From Craspedostauros australis (Eukaryota), in contig JALAGF010003204.1 in NCBI GenBank assembly GCA_030167865.1, positions 1-64,000 on the forward strand: a stretch of 64,000 nucleotides of DNA, written 5' to 3'. Below the pieces are notes generated by a model that was given only the letters and a program-made list of their open reading frames with translations, did no database searches and was not told the origin of the DNA. Position 1 is the first letter of the stretch; every line of letters begins with the position of its first letter. Of this stretch, positions 24,647-35,585 are shown one piece after another. Made by a program: the position numbers and the translations under genes.

Positions 24647-27600
24647 CTACATGCAAGAGGCGTTGACTTCGAATTCTTCACTGCTGGCGTATCCTTCATA
24701 CGGAGCATCAAAGCTGTTTCGCACGAGGAAGGCTCGGAATGTGCCTCGCATCCCGTCCACAGCATCCAGTTCGACATGGCCTTGCTGCATCACGCCTCGG
24801 CACATCTTGCTACCACAGGTCCAGGACCACGGCATGCTACCGCTGCGACCCAACGATGTCATGGAAGTGTGCGAGGGGTAGATGCCGATCCAATCATCTT
24901 CCAACGCATCGCAGTTCTCGAATGAGACCGTGATGCTCTCTCCTGGCGAGTAGCACCTGGACCCTGCCGTGATGGTGGCTTTACACCTGCCACGGGATGA
25001 TTGAGATGTTGGTCGCGTGAATGCCGCAGCGTCTGGTGCAGCAAGGACTTGCGCAACGGCAATGGTCTGTTCCGTCGGCAAGGTGCTTGGCACGGCGCTT
25101 GGTGATTCGGTCACTTCCAACTTTGCCGTTGGTTGGTCTGTGGGAAGATCGGTCGGTGCAGAAGTTGGTGCTGGCGAAGGTCTCGACGTTAGTAACGCCG
25201 TCGCTCTAGAAGTAGGCATCGCGGAAGGTCCAGAAGTTGGTCTTGGCGAAGGTCTCGACGTTAGTAACGCCGTCGCTCTAGAAGTAGGCATCGCGGAAGA
25301 TCCAGAGGTCGGTCCTGGTGACGGTTTCGACGTTAGCAGCGCCGTCGCTCCAGACGTTGGCAGCGCGGAAGGTCCAGAGGTCGGTCCTGGTGACGGTTGC
25401 GAGGTTGGCTGTTCGGACAACATCGACGTTGGCAGTGCTGTCGGTCCAGAAGTTGATGATGCTGTTGATTCAACCGAGGGAGTCGCTGTTGGTGTATCCG
25501 TCACGCCCAACTGGGTCGGACTTGCCGTCTCGTTGGCTCTTTCATCGTCCCGAGCGGCATCAGTGGCATTGATGGTGGCAAGAGACGGCGCGGCCGACGG
25601 CATCACGGATGGCATCACTGACGGCAGTGCTTCGGTCGAGTTCGTCTCAAGCACTTCCGGGGTGAATGTGGGTGGCCACGATTGTGCGGCGTCGGCGCAT
25701 CCCGAACCTTCGAAGCAGCAGACGGTGCAGCAGGGGCAGTCCACTTCGCGGCAATCTGCCGTGAGCTTGTTCAAGAACGTCGCATCGCACAGTGAACTCA
25801 CAGAACCTGTGAAGCTGTTGCCTCCCAGGTACACGCTTCGCAATGAGTCCATGGCGCTCAGGTCGGGTACGGGACCGGACAGACCGTTGAAGTCCAAGAT
25901 GACGTGTCTGAGGGAAGTGACGTTGGCCAGCTCGGAAGGAACCTCGCCCGTCAAGCTATTGCTTGCCAAGTCGAGGGTCCTCAACTGCATCATGTTACCC
26001 AGCTCGCTTGGGATTTCGCCCGTCAGATCATTTCGTCCGACGCCCAACATGGTCAAAGTATCGAGGTCACCAAACTCCGTTGGGATGGGACCGCCCAGCT
26101 CGTTCTTGGTGAGTTGGATCTCCCTCAATCCTGGCACCTTGGCGAGCTGTGTCGGAATGTTTCCGTACAACTTGTTGCCTGGCATCGCCAAGATTTCCAA
26201 GCTCTCGATCAAAGACAGTTCGATGGGCACCGTGCCTTCCAAGCCTGTGTCGCGAATGGAGATCTCCACAACTTGGCCGGACTCGTTGCAAGTCACACCG
26301 TTCCATGCGCATTCGTTCAATGCGTTCAGCTGAAAGTCATCAACGATGCGTCGGCCGCCGATGACCGCTGTTGTGTTTCTGAATCCCAGCATGAAACTGG
26401 CCATCGTCCATCGTTGGATGCGGCGGCCACTTGCAAGCGAGAAGTATTCTGAATCGGATGCTAACCATTCCATCGCTTCGTACTGCGGCGAAGTTGGATT
26501 CTGGAAGGGATGAAACGCTTCCGGCAGTCGGTTGAGAATGAGATTGCGAAGATTCAGAGCTGCGGCGTTGATCGTGGGTGCCATGGTTGGTGCGCTCGAG
26601 GCGGTTGGGTTTGCCGTGGGGACTGGGGTGGTTGGCTGTGCGGTCGGTGATTGCGTCGGCGCCATTGATGACAACGTCGTTGGCTTCGCCGTGGGAGAGC
26701 CGGTAGGCTGTTGAGTTGGAACGTTGGTGGGTGGTTGCGTTGGTGATGGTGTTGGCTCGAGGGTTGGGACCTGAGTTGGCACAGCCGTCAAGACGGTTGG
26801 TGCTTCGGTCGTAACGATGGCTGATGGAGCCTCGGATGGGACGTCGCTCTCCACGAAACCAAGGCTGGGTGGGAATTCGAAGATGGTCTCCGACTTTGCC
26901 TCCTCATCTTGTGACGAGGCATCCTGCGTCTTGATAACGGCCAATGCAGCGATGGCGCTGACGATGCCAATCGCGAGACATGCCATGCACACAATGAGGC
27001 TGATGCGCACTCGTCTGCTGCGAAGAAAGCTCCTGCTTTGCGAACGGCGTTTGGGCATGCTGGCGATAGTGGAACAGTTGTCCAGCTCAATGTCGACCAT
27101 GCCATCGCCCATGGCGCTCTCATTGCTTGGGGAGCGCGTCGGATCAGGTTGCAGCTCAAGATCTTTGGGAGACGCCGTGGTCATGGCACCTGTGGCTGCT
27201 GCTGACACCGCGAACCCTGGCACGTTGGATGTGTTCAAGTCCAGATTGTGGTAGGTAGAATTTTTCTGTATCGAGCTTGGTCTCTTCGGTGAGGATGCCG
27301 GGCGCGAAGCGCGCGGGTTGTAAGCGCCCTTGCGTGCTCTGAAGCGGAACCAGCTCTTCGCGACACGCTCTTCGTGCAGTTGCTGCTTCTCCTGCTCTGT
27401 CAATTGGGAAGCCGATGCGGCAGATGAATCCGACGATCGTGGGGGATGCTGCGAATGGATGCCGCTTGCACGATCTGAGTTGCCGATCATAGTTGGGACT
27501 GGGCCGCTTTCTATGTCTCCGTGGTTCGCGTGTGCGTTGATATTGTCAACATCGGCACCCAGCCTCGCAGATCGTTGCATTGGGGCGCTTCCGTTCAACG

Positions 27601-27934
27601 TGCTGAGCGGCTGATCGTCCATGATGCCCGCAATGGTGGACTCGCCAATGAGACTGTCACCTGATCCACGCTGGCGATCCTTCATCATCGATCGGAAGTA
27701 TGCGGCTTCCGGGTTGTCGCTCCACAGCAGGACGCTGTCGATGCCACCGTTGGTCGAATTGCCACTTGAGTGGTACGTGCTGTCATCGGAGGGTTGATGT
27801 AGTTGTTGCCGCGGTTGCTGCTGAGGTTGGCGGAAGTTGTTGTTGGTCGCGTCAGTCTTGCTTCTGTTGTCGCGGAGCTTCGTCACGCTTCTGTCCAAGG
27901 TGCTGCGAGCTTTGTGGGGTGCGTTCGTGGTCAT
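24647..27934 (-). CDS. Type II single-pass LRR receptor-like protein C, intronless, with SKICH-like C-terminal domain
   Basis: Long ORF; TM ISLIVCMACLAIGIVSAIAALAVI; SPQYEAMEWL, ECAWNGVTC, about 7 LRRs, DCREVDCPCCTVCC cap, DDWIGIYP. Confidence 0.9.
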   Translation of the reverse strand: MTTNAPHKARSTLDRSVTKLRDNRSKTDATNNNFRQPQQQPRQQLHQPSDDSTYHSSGNSTNGGIDSVLLWSDNPEAAYFRSMMKDRQRGSGDSLIGESTIAGIMDDQPLSTLNGSAPMQRSARLGADVDNINAHANHGDIESGPVPTMIGNSDRASGIHSQHPPRSSDSSAASASQLTEQEKQQLHEERVAKSWFRFRARKGAYNPRASRPASSPKRPSSIQKNSTYHNLDLNTSNVPGFAVSAAATGAMTTASPKDLELQPDPTRSPSNESAMGDGMVDIELDNCSTIASMPKRRSQSRSFLRSRRVRISLIVCMACLAIGIVSAIAALAVIKTQDASSQDEEAKSETIFEFPPSLGFVESDVPSEAPSAIVTTEAPTVLTAVPTQVPTLEPTPSPTQPPTNVPTQQPTGSPTAKPTTLSSMAPTQSPTAQPTTPVPTANPTASSAPTMAPTINAAALNLRNLILNRLPEAFHPFQNPTSPQYEAMEWLASDSEYFSLASGRRIQRWTMASFMLGFRNTTAVIGGRRIVDDFQLNALNECAWNGVTCNESGQVVEISIRDTGLEGTVPIELSLIESLEILAMPGNKLYGNIPTQLAKVPGLREIQLTKNELGGPIPTEFGDLDTLTMLGVGRNDLTGEIPSELGNMMQLRTLDLASNSLTGEVPSELANVTSLRHVILDFNGLSGPVPDLSAMDSLRSVYLGGNSFTGSVSSLCDATFLNKLTADCREVDCPCCTVCCFEGSGCADAAQSWPPTFTPEVLETNSTEALPSVMPSVMPSAAPSLATINATDAARDDERANETASPTQLGVTDTPTATPSVESTASSTSGPTALPTSMLSEQPTSQPSPGPTSGPSALPTSGATALLTSKPSPGPTSGSSAMPTSRATALLTSRPSPRPTSGPSAMPTSRATALLTSRPSPAPTSAPTDLPTDQPTAKLEVTESPSAVPSTLPTEQTIAVAQVLAAPDAAAFTRPTSQSSRGRCKATITAGSRCYSPGESITVSFENCDALEDDWIGIYPSHTSMTSLGRSGSMPWSWTCGSKMCRGVMQQGHVELDAVDGMRGTFRAFLVRNSFDAPYEGYASSEEFEVNASCM
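25160..25400 (-). repeat. Coding tandem repeat, 72-nt (24-aa) unit, about 3 copies
   Basis: GGCGAAGGTCTCGACGTTAGTAACGCCGTCGCTCTAGAAGTAGGCATCGCGGAAG recurs at 25173 and 25245; protein unit PSPxPTSGxSAxPTSxATALLTS[KR]. Confidence 0.85.
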
Positions 27935-29399
27935 CTTGTCTGCGCTGTTGCTGTGGATGGAGGAGGATGCCAATAGTTCGACGGAGTATCTTGGTCTTGT
28001 TGCTTGCGAGTCGGAGTGTTGTTCTTGATTGCAGGATTTGGACAATAGACTCGAGGTTCCGTTCTGGTCCTTACGAATGCCTGACGGTTTTGTTCTTGTT
28101 TCGTGTTGCTTCGTAAGTGTAGGAGTAGGTGAGTATGGTATGACACGGTACGATGCGGTGTGTTGTGACGTATTGGTTGGTGTGGATGAGTGCTCGTATG
28201 ATGCTTGCTGGGATTGGGATTTCAGTTGAGCGACTTTATGGGATGGTTGGTCTCTGTGCTTGGGTTGGGACTTTGTGATGTGCGATGTGTGATGGATGAT
28301 GTGAGTCTGTCTTCTGCTTCCGCAACAGCTCGATTCAAGAGTGGATTGCTTGGTGGGTTGAGGTTGAGGTTGTTATGTCCTGATCAGATGGCAAGTTGGT
28401 GGGTCGGCGAGATGATTTGGTTGGTTGGTTGGGTGGTTGGTTGGCTGATGGATCGAGGCATGGGGAAGCCACATGGTATGCAAGTCGTGGAATGCCATGT
28501 TGGTTGTTCTCCCCCATGGTCCATCGCACACACAAACCATTGATGTGGTTTTGGGTCTTGTTGCTGTTGTCGAGAATTGTCAATGTTGTCGTTGGTCATA
28601 TTCTCGTTGGAACTGATGTCTTGGCAGTTGATGTCGGTATTTGTCGTTGGTCTTTCAGTTGTTGCCGTGACAGTTGGTGTCGTTGGTTTTGTTGTTGTCG
28701 TTGTTGTTGTTGCTGCTGTTGCTGCCACGCCGTTGGGTATCGTCACTGTTGTCCTTTTCCGTGGGGCCCGTCAGCGAGTTGCAGAACCGTTCGGAGCATC
28801 GTTTGCGGACTTGCCGAGAACATTGGCGGCGTGTTTTTCTCTCCACGTTCCGCATGTTGCGCTTATTGCGCGTATTGCGCGTGTTGTGTGTGTTGCATTT
28901 GGTCGTTTTTGTGAAGCATCCCACAAACGGCGCCCTTGTGCCGACAAAGATAGAATGCACACGCATTTTACTTAACAAATGAGACACTCATACGACACTT
29001 GACACTGTGAGTGGAACAACGGATACCACACAATAGCAACAGCCAAACTGTAAAATGGGACTCAACAATTAAGGAGGTAACTCGTGATTGATGAGGGAGT
29101 TGGTTGATGTGACAAGTAGAACGTTATTTGACGTTATCCCACAACGATCATTTTCTCAGCTGCCTCCACAACTCACATTTTTGCCAATCTCGTTCCACGT
29201 TTCTCTCTTGTCTCTCTTGGTGGCTGCGGACGCGGACATGTGTCTTGTTTCTTCCACGAGAGAGTTGCCCCTGTGTTTGCACGTCATTGGATGTGGAGTA
29301 ACGTGGAGCAACATGGAGCAACAGTCTCAATGGGCATCAACAGTCTTCGCTGGTAGAATCACGATAACACTGTCGCAACATCAAACAAGATACGAGTAA

Positions 29400-29610
29400 G
29401 ACAGGACAACGCAGCAACACGACAGTACCGCATCACGACGGCTCGGCCACACGACAACGTGACAACGCGACAACGCGACATGACAACAACAAGATTACAC
29501 GGCAACTTGGCGACTCGCTCACCTCCAACTCGCAACACATTAACACGCCGACAAACCGATACCCCAACTCGCAACACAGTGACACGCCAACACACCAACA
29601 CGACAGCATT
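29400..29610. repeat. Imperfect short tandem repeats (GACAACGC-like) in intergenic DNA
   Basis: ACGACAACGTGACAACGCGACAACGCGACATGACAAC; CCAACTCGCAACACA occurs twice. Confidence 0.55.
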
Positions 29611-30093
29611 CTCATACTCGTAACAAGCCCAGCCACAAGTGCGAAGACTCTGTTGGCACTGTTCCGTTTCTCTGCTTCGTCGCATCACCCGACAACAAAA
29701 AAGCCTCATTCATCTGCTCATAATCTCTACGCTCACGTCCTTGCTGCATTCCGTCCACGCTAACAACACCAACGCCACGCCAGCTTCTACTCAACGCTCA
29801 CCATCCATCGTTGACCGTCCATCATCCATCTTCTTCGCTCTTCAACCACGTTCACTCGACCTTCAGCTCATACTGCAATCGCTAACCCATCCATTCACCG
29901 ATCTGTAAACACGCTGATACGCCGACAAGTCCGCAACTCCATCACCCATCAATCAGGCCACAAGCGAAACCGTGAACGTGAACGCCAAGCTCGACTTCCA
30001 CAATCAACTGTCACAAACTTTCCAGCACCGCAGCAATCACACGTACAAGCTCAAGTACAAGAACACAAGTATCGACAACCTCAGAGTGCAACG

Positions 30094-30654
30094 ATGTTCC
30101 GATCCACAAGCAAGACCATCCTCCTCCTCATCCTGGCGCTGCTGATGTGCCATCACACATCCCTCGCAAAGGAGGGACAGCTACGCGGCGCCCAAGAGAC
30201 GCACAGGAAGAGCAACACGAAGGGCCACGACAAGAACGAAGAGAAGAAGGAAGAACAGACGAAACAGACGACGGGGGTGAGTACGAGTATGGAAGCAAGC
30301 AAGGGTGGCAGCAAAGACGCAAGCAAGGCCAAGGGAGACAGCAGCACGAAAACGAAGACTGAGAGCAAGACCAAAGACAAGACCAAGGCTGGCCGACTTC
30401 AGCCGCACCCAGATACAAGACCGAAGGAAACGTTCGGGCTGCATGTCAAGTCCAAGACAACGAGCGTTGCTGCCACAACAACGCCAACGACGGCAGCCTC
30501 CAAGACGGATGCGGCACAGGATGGATCTGCCGAGGCAACGAATGCGGCTGCCGCTACGACCAACGAGGTTTTGACAGTCGAAGAAGAGCTGGAAAAGCTG
30601 AAGGATCTCCAGAAAGTGCTGGAGGATGCCATGATACGGAAGCTGCAGCTGTAA
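30094..30654 (+). CDS. Small secreted Lys/Thr/Ser-rich protein, possibly silaffin-like or cell-wall
   Basis: Signal peptide, QLRG motif, Lys-rich block SKGGSKDASKAKGDSSTKTKTESKTKDKTK, Thr/Ala-rich segment, short helical tail ending RKLQL. Confidence 0.7.
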   Translation: MFRSTSKTILLLILALLMCHHTSLAKEGQLRGAQETHRKSNTKGHDKNEEKKEEQTKQTTGVSTSMEASKGGSKDASKAKGDSSTKTKTESKTKDKTKAGRLQPHPDTRPKETFGLHVKSKTTSVAATTTPTTAASKTDAAQDGSAEATNAAAATTNEVLTVEEELEKLKDLQKVLEDAMIRKLQL

Positions 30655-31590
30655 ACGTGCTTCGATCTCGCGAGACTAAATCCGTTCTTGTCAGAATGCA
30701 TGGGATGCGCCAAACATGGGCTGCGTCCACGTGCATGCACACCGTGGACACCGTGGACACACACGAATGGAGTGCTGATGGGAGTGCTTGCGTCCTCGAA
30801 GGATGCGCACGATCGAGAACTTCGTCCTGTTCAATAGTGAAACACGCACCAATGGATGGCGCATGAGGGACGACGAATGTGTGCGTGTCTGTGTGCTTAC
30901 GTGCTTGCTGCGCTTTGGCGAGGACAGTTGACCGTGACAGATGGGTCACGACGAACGAACTGCGCTGAACCAAATGGCCAATCGGAATATTCCATCATCT
31001 TTCTCACATCCAACCGCGCGGGTGTCAGGGACGCAGGCCACAACGGTATGCACAGGCCGAAGCGCATCCAAGCGCACACGAGGACCTACGCGCACAACAA
31101 TCTCGCAAGTGGAGATTGCCAGTTGTGCAAATGACAGCACTGGCGGAATGAGGGTTCGCCAATGCAACCAACCAGCCAGATGAGAGCTTGGTTTGTTCTC
31201 CATGAGCCACGGTGACATGCGATGTAAAATAGTTGTAGTACATTGTGTTGGTAGAGTACGTCCACCCTCAAGCATGATATGCTTGACAGCATCTCTCTCT
31301 CTGTCTACGTTCAGCGATATCCCTTGTCCATGCGTGTCTGGATTGCATACACGTTGACATGTGCAACAAGACAGATGATGATCAACTCTCTCTTCGTACA
31401 CGCACCAGTCCGACAGCAAAGGAAACACCACAGCGTGAAAAACTGGACTGGCAACGACGACTACCACAATGACTACGACGACCATGTCGTCCACGATTAA
31501 GCACTACATTTCGGACTATCTGTTTGGTTTCGCATCGATCTGGCCACCTCGGCGACCTACTGGTGGTGGACCAACCCGACGCATTCCATT

Positions 31591-34103
31591 TTAGGGGTTG
31601 CCTGACCAGACGCTTAGATTGGCTTCCGAAGGAGTGTTGGTGACGGCCACTCGGATGGAGGTCGGTGGTTGCGATGGGCTGCTGCTTGGTTGCATGGTAC
31701 AGCCATCACAGCATTCACACAGGACCTCGGCGCAATCCACCCTTGCTGTGCGAAGTATCCTGTTCGGATCGTTGCAAATCTGGTCTGGCATGGAGCCAGT
31801 CAGTTTGTTCCTGGCAAGGGAAATGGCGTTGAGTCTCGGCAAGGCACCCACCTGTGAGGGGATGATGCCTTCGAGCTCATTGCCTCCCAGGTTGAGAGAT
31901 TGGAGGCGTGCCAGATTTCCAATTTCGGAGGGAATTTCGCCCGTCAGTTCGTTATCCTCAAAGCCCAAGCTATCCAATTTTTGCAAACGACCCACCTCAG
32001 TCGGGATTGGACCTACAAGGTCGCACCGTCCCAAACCAATGGTGAGGAGCTGGGTGAGGTGTCCAATCTCCGTGGGGATGGACCCCGCAAGTGATGTGCG
32101 AACGAGGCGGAGTATTCTGAGACCCGTGAGCTGTCCCAGCTCGGTTGGGATCTCACCATGAATGCCCGCGTTTCCGTTGAGGTACAGGACGGAGAGCGAG
32201 CTGGACAGGAGGCCCAATTCAAGCGGCAGCGTCCCGGCCATGTCGTTGTCTCTGAGGTCCAGCTCCCTGACTTCGCCCTGCCCGTTGCATATTTTCTCGC
32301 GTGAGTACCAGCTGCATTCGTCGGTGTAATCCATCCAACCATCTGATTCAAGCCAATCGTTTCCACCCAAGCTGTAGAAGAAAGATCCGAGAACCCAACG
32401 CTGAACGGCCTTTTGCGGAGTGTAGGTGGGGTACGATGGATCCCGTGCCAACCAGACAGCAGCCTTGTACTGCGGCGAGAGCTCATCGGCCAAGGTACTC
32501 GTAGCATTGGCTGATGCAGGAAATTGCAAGAGAAGGAAGGCGATGACCTCCTCGATCGGAGCTGGTTGCGTTGGAACTGCTGATGCCGCTGATGGTCGCA
32601 ACGATGGTCTGGTGCTCGGCAAAGAAGTGGGCAAGCTGGTTGGTACGATAGTTGGCCCGTGGGTTGGTGCCTTTGTTGGCGGTTGGGTGGGCGAAGAAGT
32701 GGTCGGAGTTTCCTGTGCCACCGGCTTCTTGTCTTCCACGGTTGGACCCTGGGTTGGTTGTGCCGACGAAATGACTGCCGCGGGAGACGAAGACGACGAC
32801 GAAGTCGGAGATGCCACGCTGCCGGATGGGGTTGATGTCGGAACTCCTGTCGGGGCGTTGGTGGTGGCATCGCCGACATCAGATCCTTCATCCGTGGGAT
32901 CTTCACTCTGAAAGACTGGAGCGAGAGACGGTTGAGCAACCGGTGCCGTGGTTGGGAAGGCTTGGACTGGATCGTCACGGCCGGGAAATCCCTCAAATTC
33001 GTCGGAACCGGCTTTGGCACTTGCCTCGCTGTCATCCGATTGCAGCACCTGGACAACCCCGATGGACGCAATGACGATGAAAATACAGAAAAGGCAGAGG
33101 GATGCCACAAGTGCCCGTCGCACGACAACGTTGCGAAGAGAGTCTCTCAGGAATCCTTTTGGTTTTTCCGCCTCGAACATTCCCTCCTTCGTCGAAAGCG
33201 TGTTGTTGTCAGTATCCGCCCGATCTCTGACCGGAGGCGTGTGCGGCGCGATGTTTGGGTAGACGTACTCCACCGGTGACACGTCCTGATGCTGCGGCGT
33301 CATGACGTGCTGCTGCGGCATGCCAAGACGCGAGTTCGTGTCAGCGTAGTATCGCCCCGGTGTGTATCCGCTCAGCGTGCTCATCTGCTGATCCTCGGGC
33401 ATGTCGGAATCATAGTTTGGGTACACCTCGTATCCATCCTGCACGCTGTGCAAACTCTCGGTTGGTGGTGGATCTGTGTGTAGTCGTATGCGTGCACGCA
33501 ACATAATCGATTGGTACGAATTTGATGCATAGTACGATTAGGACGAGTATTCCGTGACATTGAATCCGAGGCAGAATTGGATGGCATTTCGTCAATTCCA
33601 TGATGAATGACGAATGATGATGCACAACATGGGATGGCACGACCATGGAAAGCGTTTGCCAATGCCAGGGTAGAAGCCAAACGTGGGTAGCCAAAAGGAG
33701 TAGATTGGCATGCATAAAGTTGAATTTGGCGCAATGAAGGAACATTGAACAAGAGCGGATGTTGTGAGACTTGGAGGCCTGCGCATGGGCATGTGTTGAT
33801 GTGGAACATACGAATGTATTTGTAATGCAATGACATGCAAGCCCATGCCATTCACAGCAATGCACAGCAATGCACAGCAATGACCGATATCCGAGAGAAG
33901 CACCAAATGCTGACCAAAGTGTGCAAGCACTTACATGCCGTGAGGTCCCTCATGAGGCTGTCACCAGCCAGACTATCATCAGCCCCTTCGTAGGTGCCGT
34001 ACTGTTCCTTCCGCCGCTCCATGACAATCTGCTGGAGGTACGCATCCTCTGGCTCATCGCTCCAGAGGACCTTGTCCGTGTGCTCCGTGACGATCGATTC
34101 CAT
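31591..34103 (-). CDS. Type II single-pass LRR receptor-like protein D; exons 34103-33935 and 33473-31591
   Basis: Phase-1 GT-AG intron joins MRDLTA-YPPPTES; TM ALVASLCLFCIFIVIASIGVV; SPQYKAAVWL, DECSWY, about 7 LRRs, DCAEVLCECCDGC cap. Confidence 0.85.
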
Positions 34104-35585
34104 CCTTGCAATGGAAAATGGTGTCTCCGTCTGCTGCTTGTGTCCTGGTGCTGGCGTTGTTGGAGCTGCTCTTCTTGTGGGATTTGCAACAGCCTCGAGG
34201 CAATGCCGTCTGTGACCTCTTGATGAGTGGTGCCTTCAGAACTTCACCAGAAACTTTCTCACTCCGCTGTACTACGACTATACTCTGCGGCAGTTGCTCG
34301 TTCTTGATCGCTGTGTTCTCTTCGCTGATGGCTCGTGTGCCTCTTGCGCCTTGTGTTGGTATGGTTGAGGCCGTCAATTGTCTCTCAATCCAACTGGATC
34401 TCTCTCTCTCTCTCTTGCATCGACTTCCTTGATCGTGTGCTGTCCAGTGCTGTCCGTGCTTCTCTTGCAACCGATGTGTTTGGCTCCCAGACTCAATTTG
34501 TGTGGGGTTCGATTTCAAATGTCGACAAAAACGAGAGCGGTTCAGGCCGTGGTTGTTCGTTGCTGTCGCCAATGTTGGTGTCGGTGCAAGAACGCCACCA
34601 CTGTCAAAAATCTGTTCAACGATTCTCAAATCCTTTCCGGCTTCCTGTTCGTCTCCTTGTTCCTAAATGATGCCGACAAACCAAAGATGTGAGTTGCTTG
34701 TGGCGTTATGTAAAGTGGTGGTTGCACCATGTGAGACCTGGACAATATTACCATGGATCAAATTTTGACGTTAACATCGAGAATTTTAAATGGGCGACTG
34801 CATCCAATGATCACAAGAACAAAAGGGACAACACCGTGTGTGACATCACAGAACCTCACAAAATCGAGAGTGTCAAACAAAGAGTGGCGCCAAAGGTCCA
34901 GCCAAGCAGGGCATAGCAGAGCGTCCACGGAGGGCACCATTCCCTCTCTCTCTCTCTCTCTGCAGAGAAACAGAATGGTGCTATCGACAGGACCACGCTG
35001 ATCTTCACAAGTAGAGCGGCGTCATCGAATAGTACGATAACGAGCACGATTACACTATGAAGCCTCCACTCGTAGTGCAATCTACTTTACGATCGTTGTT
35101 GAGGCCAACGCCAGCATCTGATTGATCCGTCCTACTTGATTCGAAGCCTCGCGACGATGTTCTTCTCATCTCCCGAATGGAGCGTGCCTACGTATGTGGA
35201 AGAACCAGAAGTGTGTTTCGCTGCGTGTCTGGTCGTTGAATCTTTGCCGAGCGTTATCGTACTTTGCTCGGAAGATGATGGTGGCTTCCGCCTCATCCGT
35301 CGGTGATCTTTCGGCCCTTGTAACGGAAACGCCAAATCATGTGAACGTTGCACAGGCCTCTCTCTTTGTCGTCGTGAGAAACTGCGCAGGGAGAAACAAG
35401 AAAGATCTTGTCAACACAGGTGACATCAACAAAGCCCAAAAACTACACAGCAGAACATCACCAATGGCGACACCTTGTCAAACCAGCAAAGATACCTCAC
35501 CTCTCTGTCGCATCACATCCATGTCTCGTGCTACTACAAACCAGCAAAGAGCAGAGTACCCCTCTTCCTCTTTGGTACCAATGCA

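Noticed and set aside
18934-26333. Long plus-strand ORFs (18934-20241, 22470-24032, 25017-26333) and similar ORFs elsewhere
   Set aside because: They lie antisense to well-supported genes and have no motifs; codon bias of the real genes explains the lack of stops
28205-28987. Overlapping low-complexity ORFs upstream of gene C
   Set aside because: Driven by GTT/GTTG simple repeats; no coherent protein features
29400-29610. Possible CRISPR-like array
   Set aside because: No constant repeat with unique spacers and no cas genes; simple degenerate repeats in eukaryotic DNA
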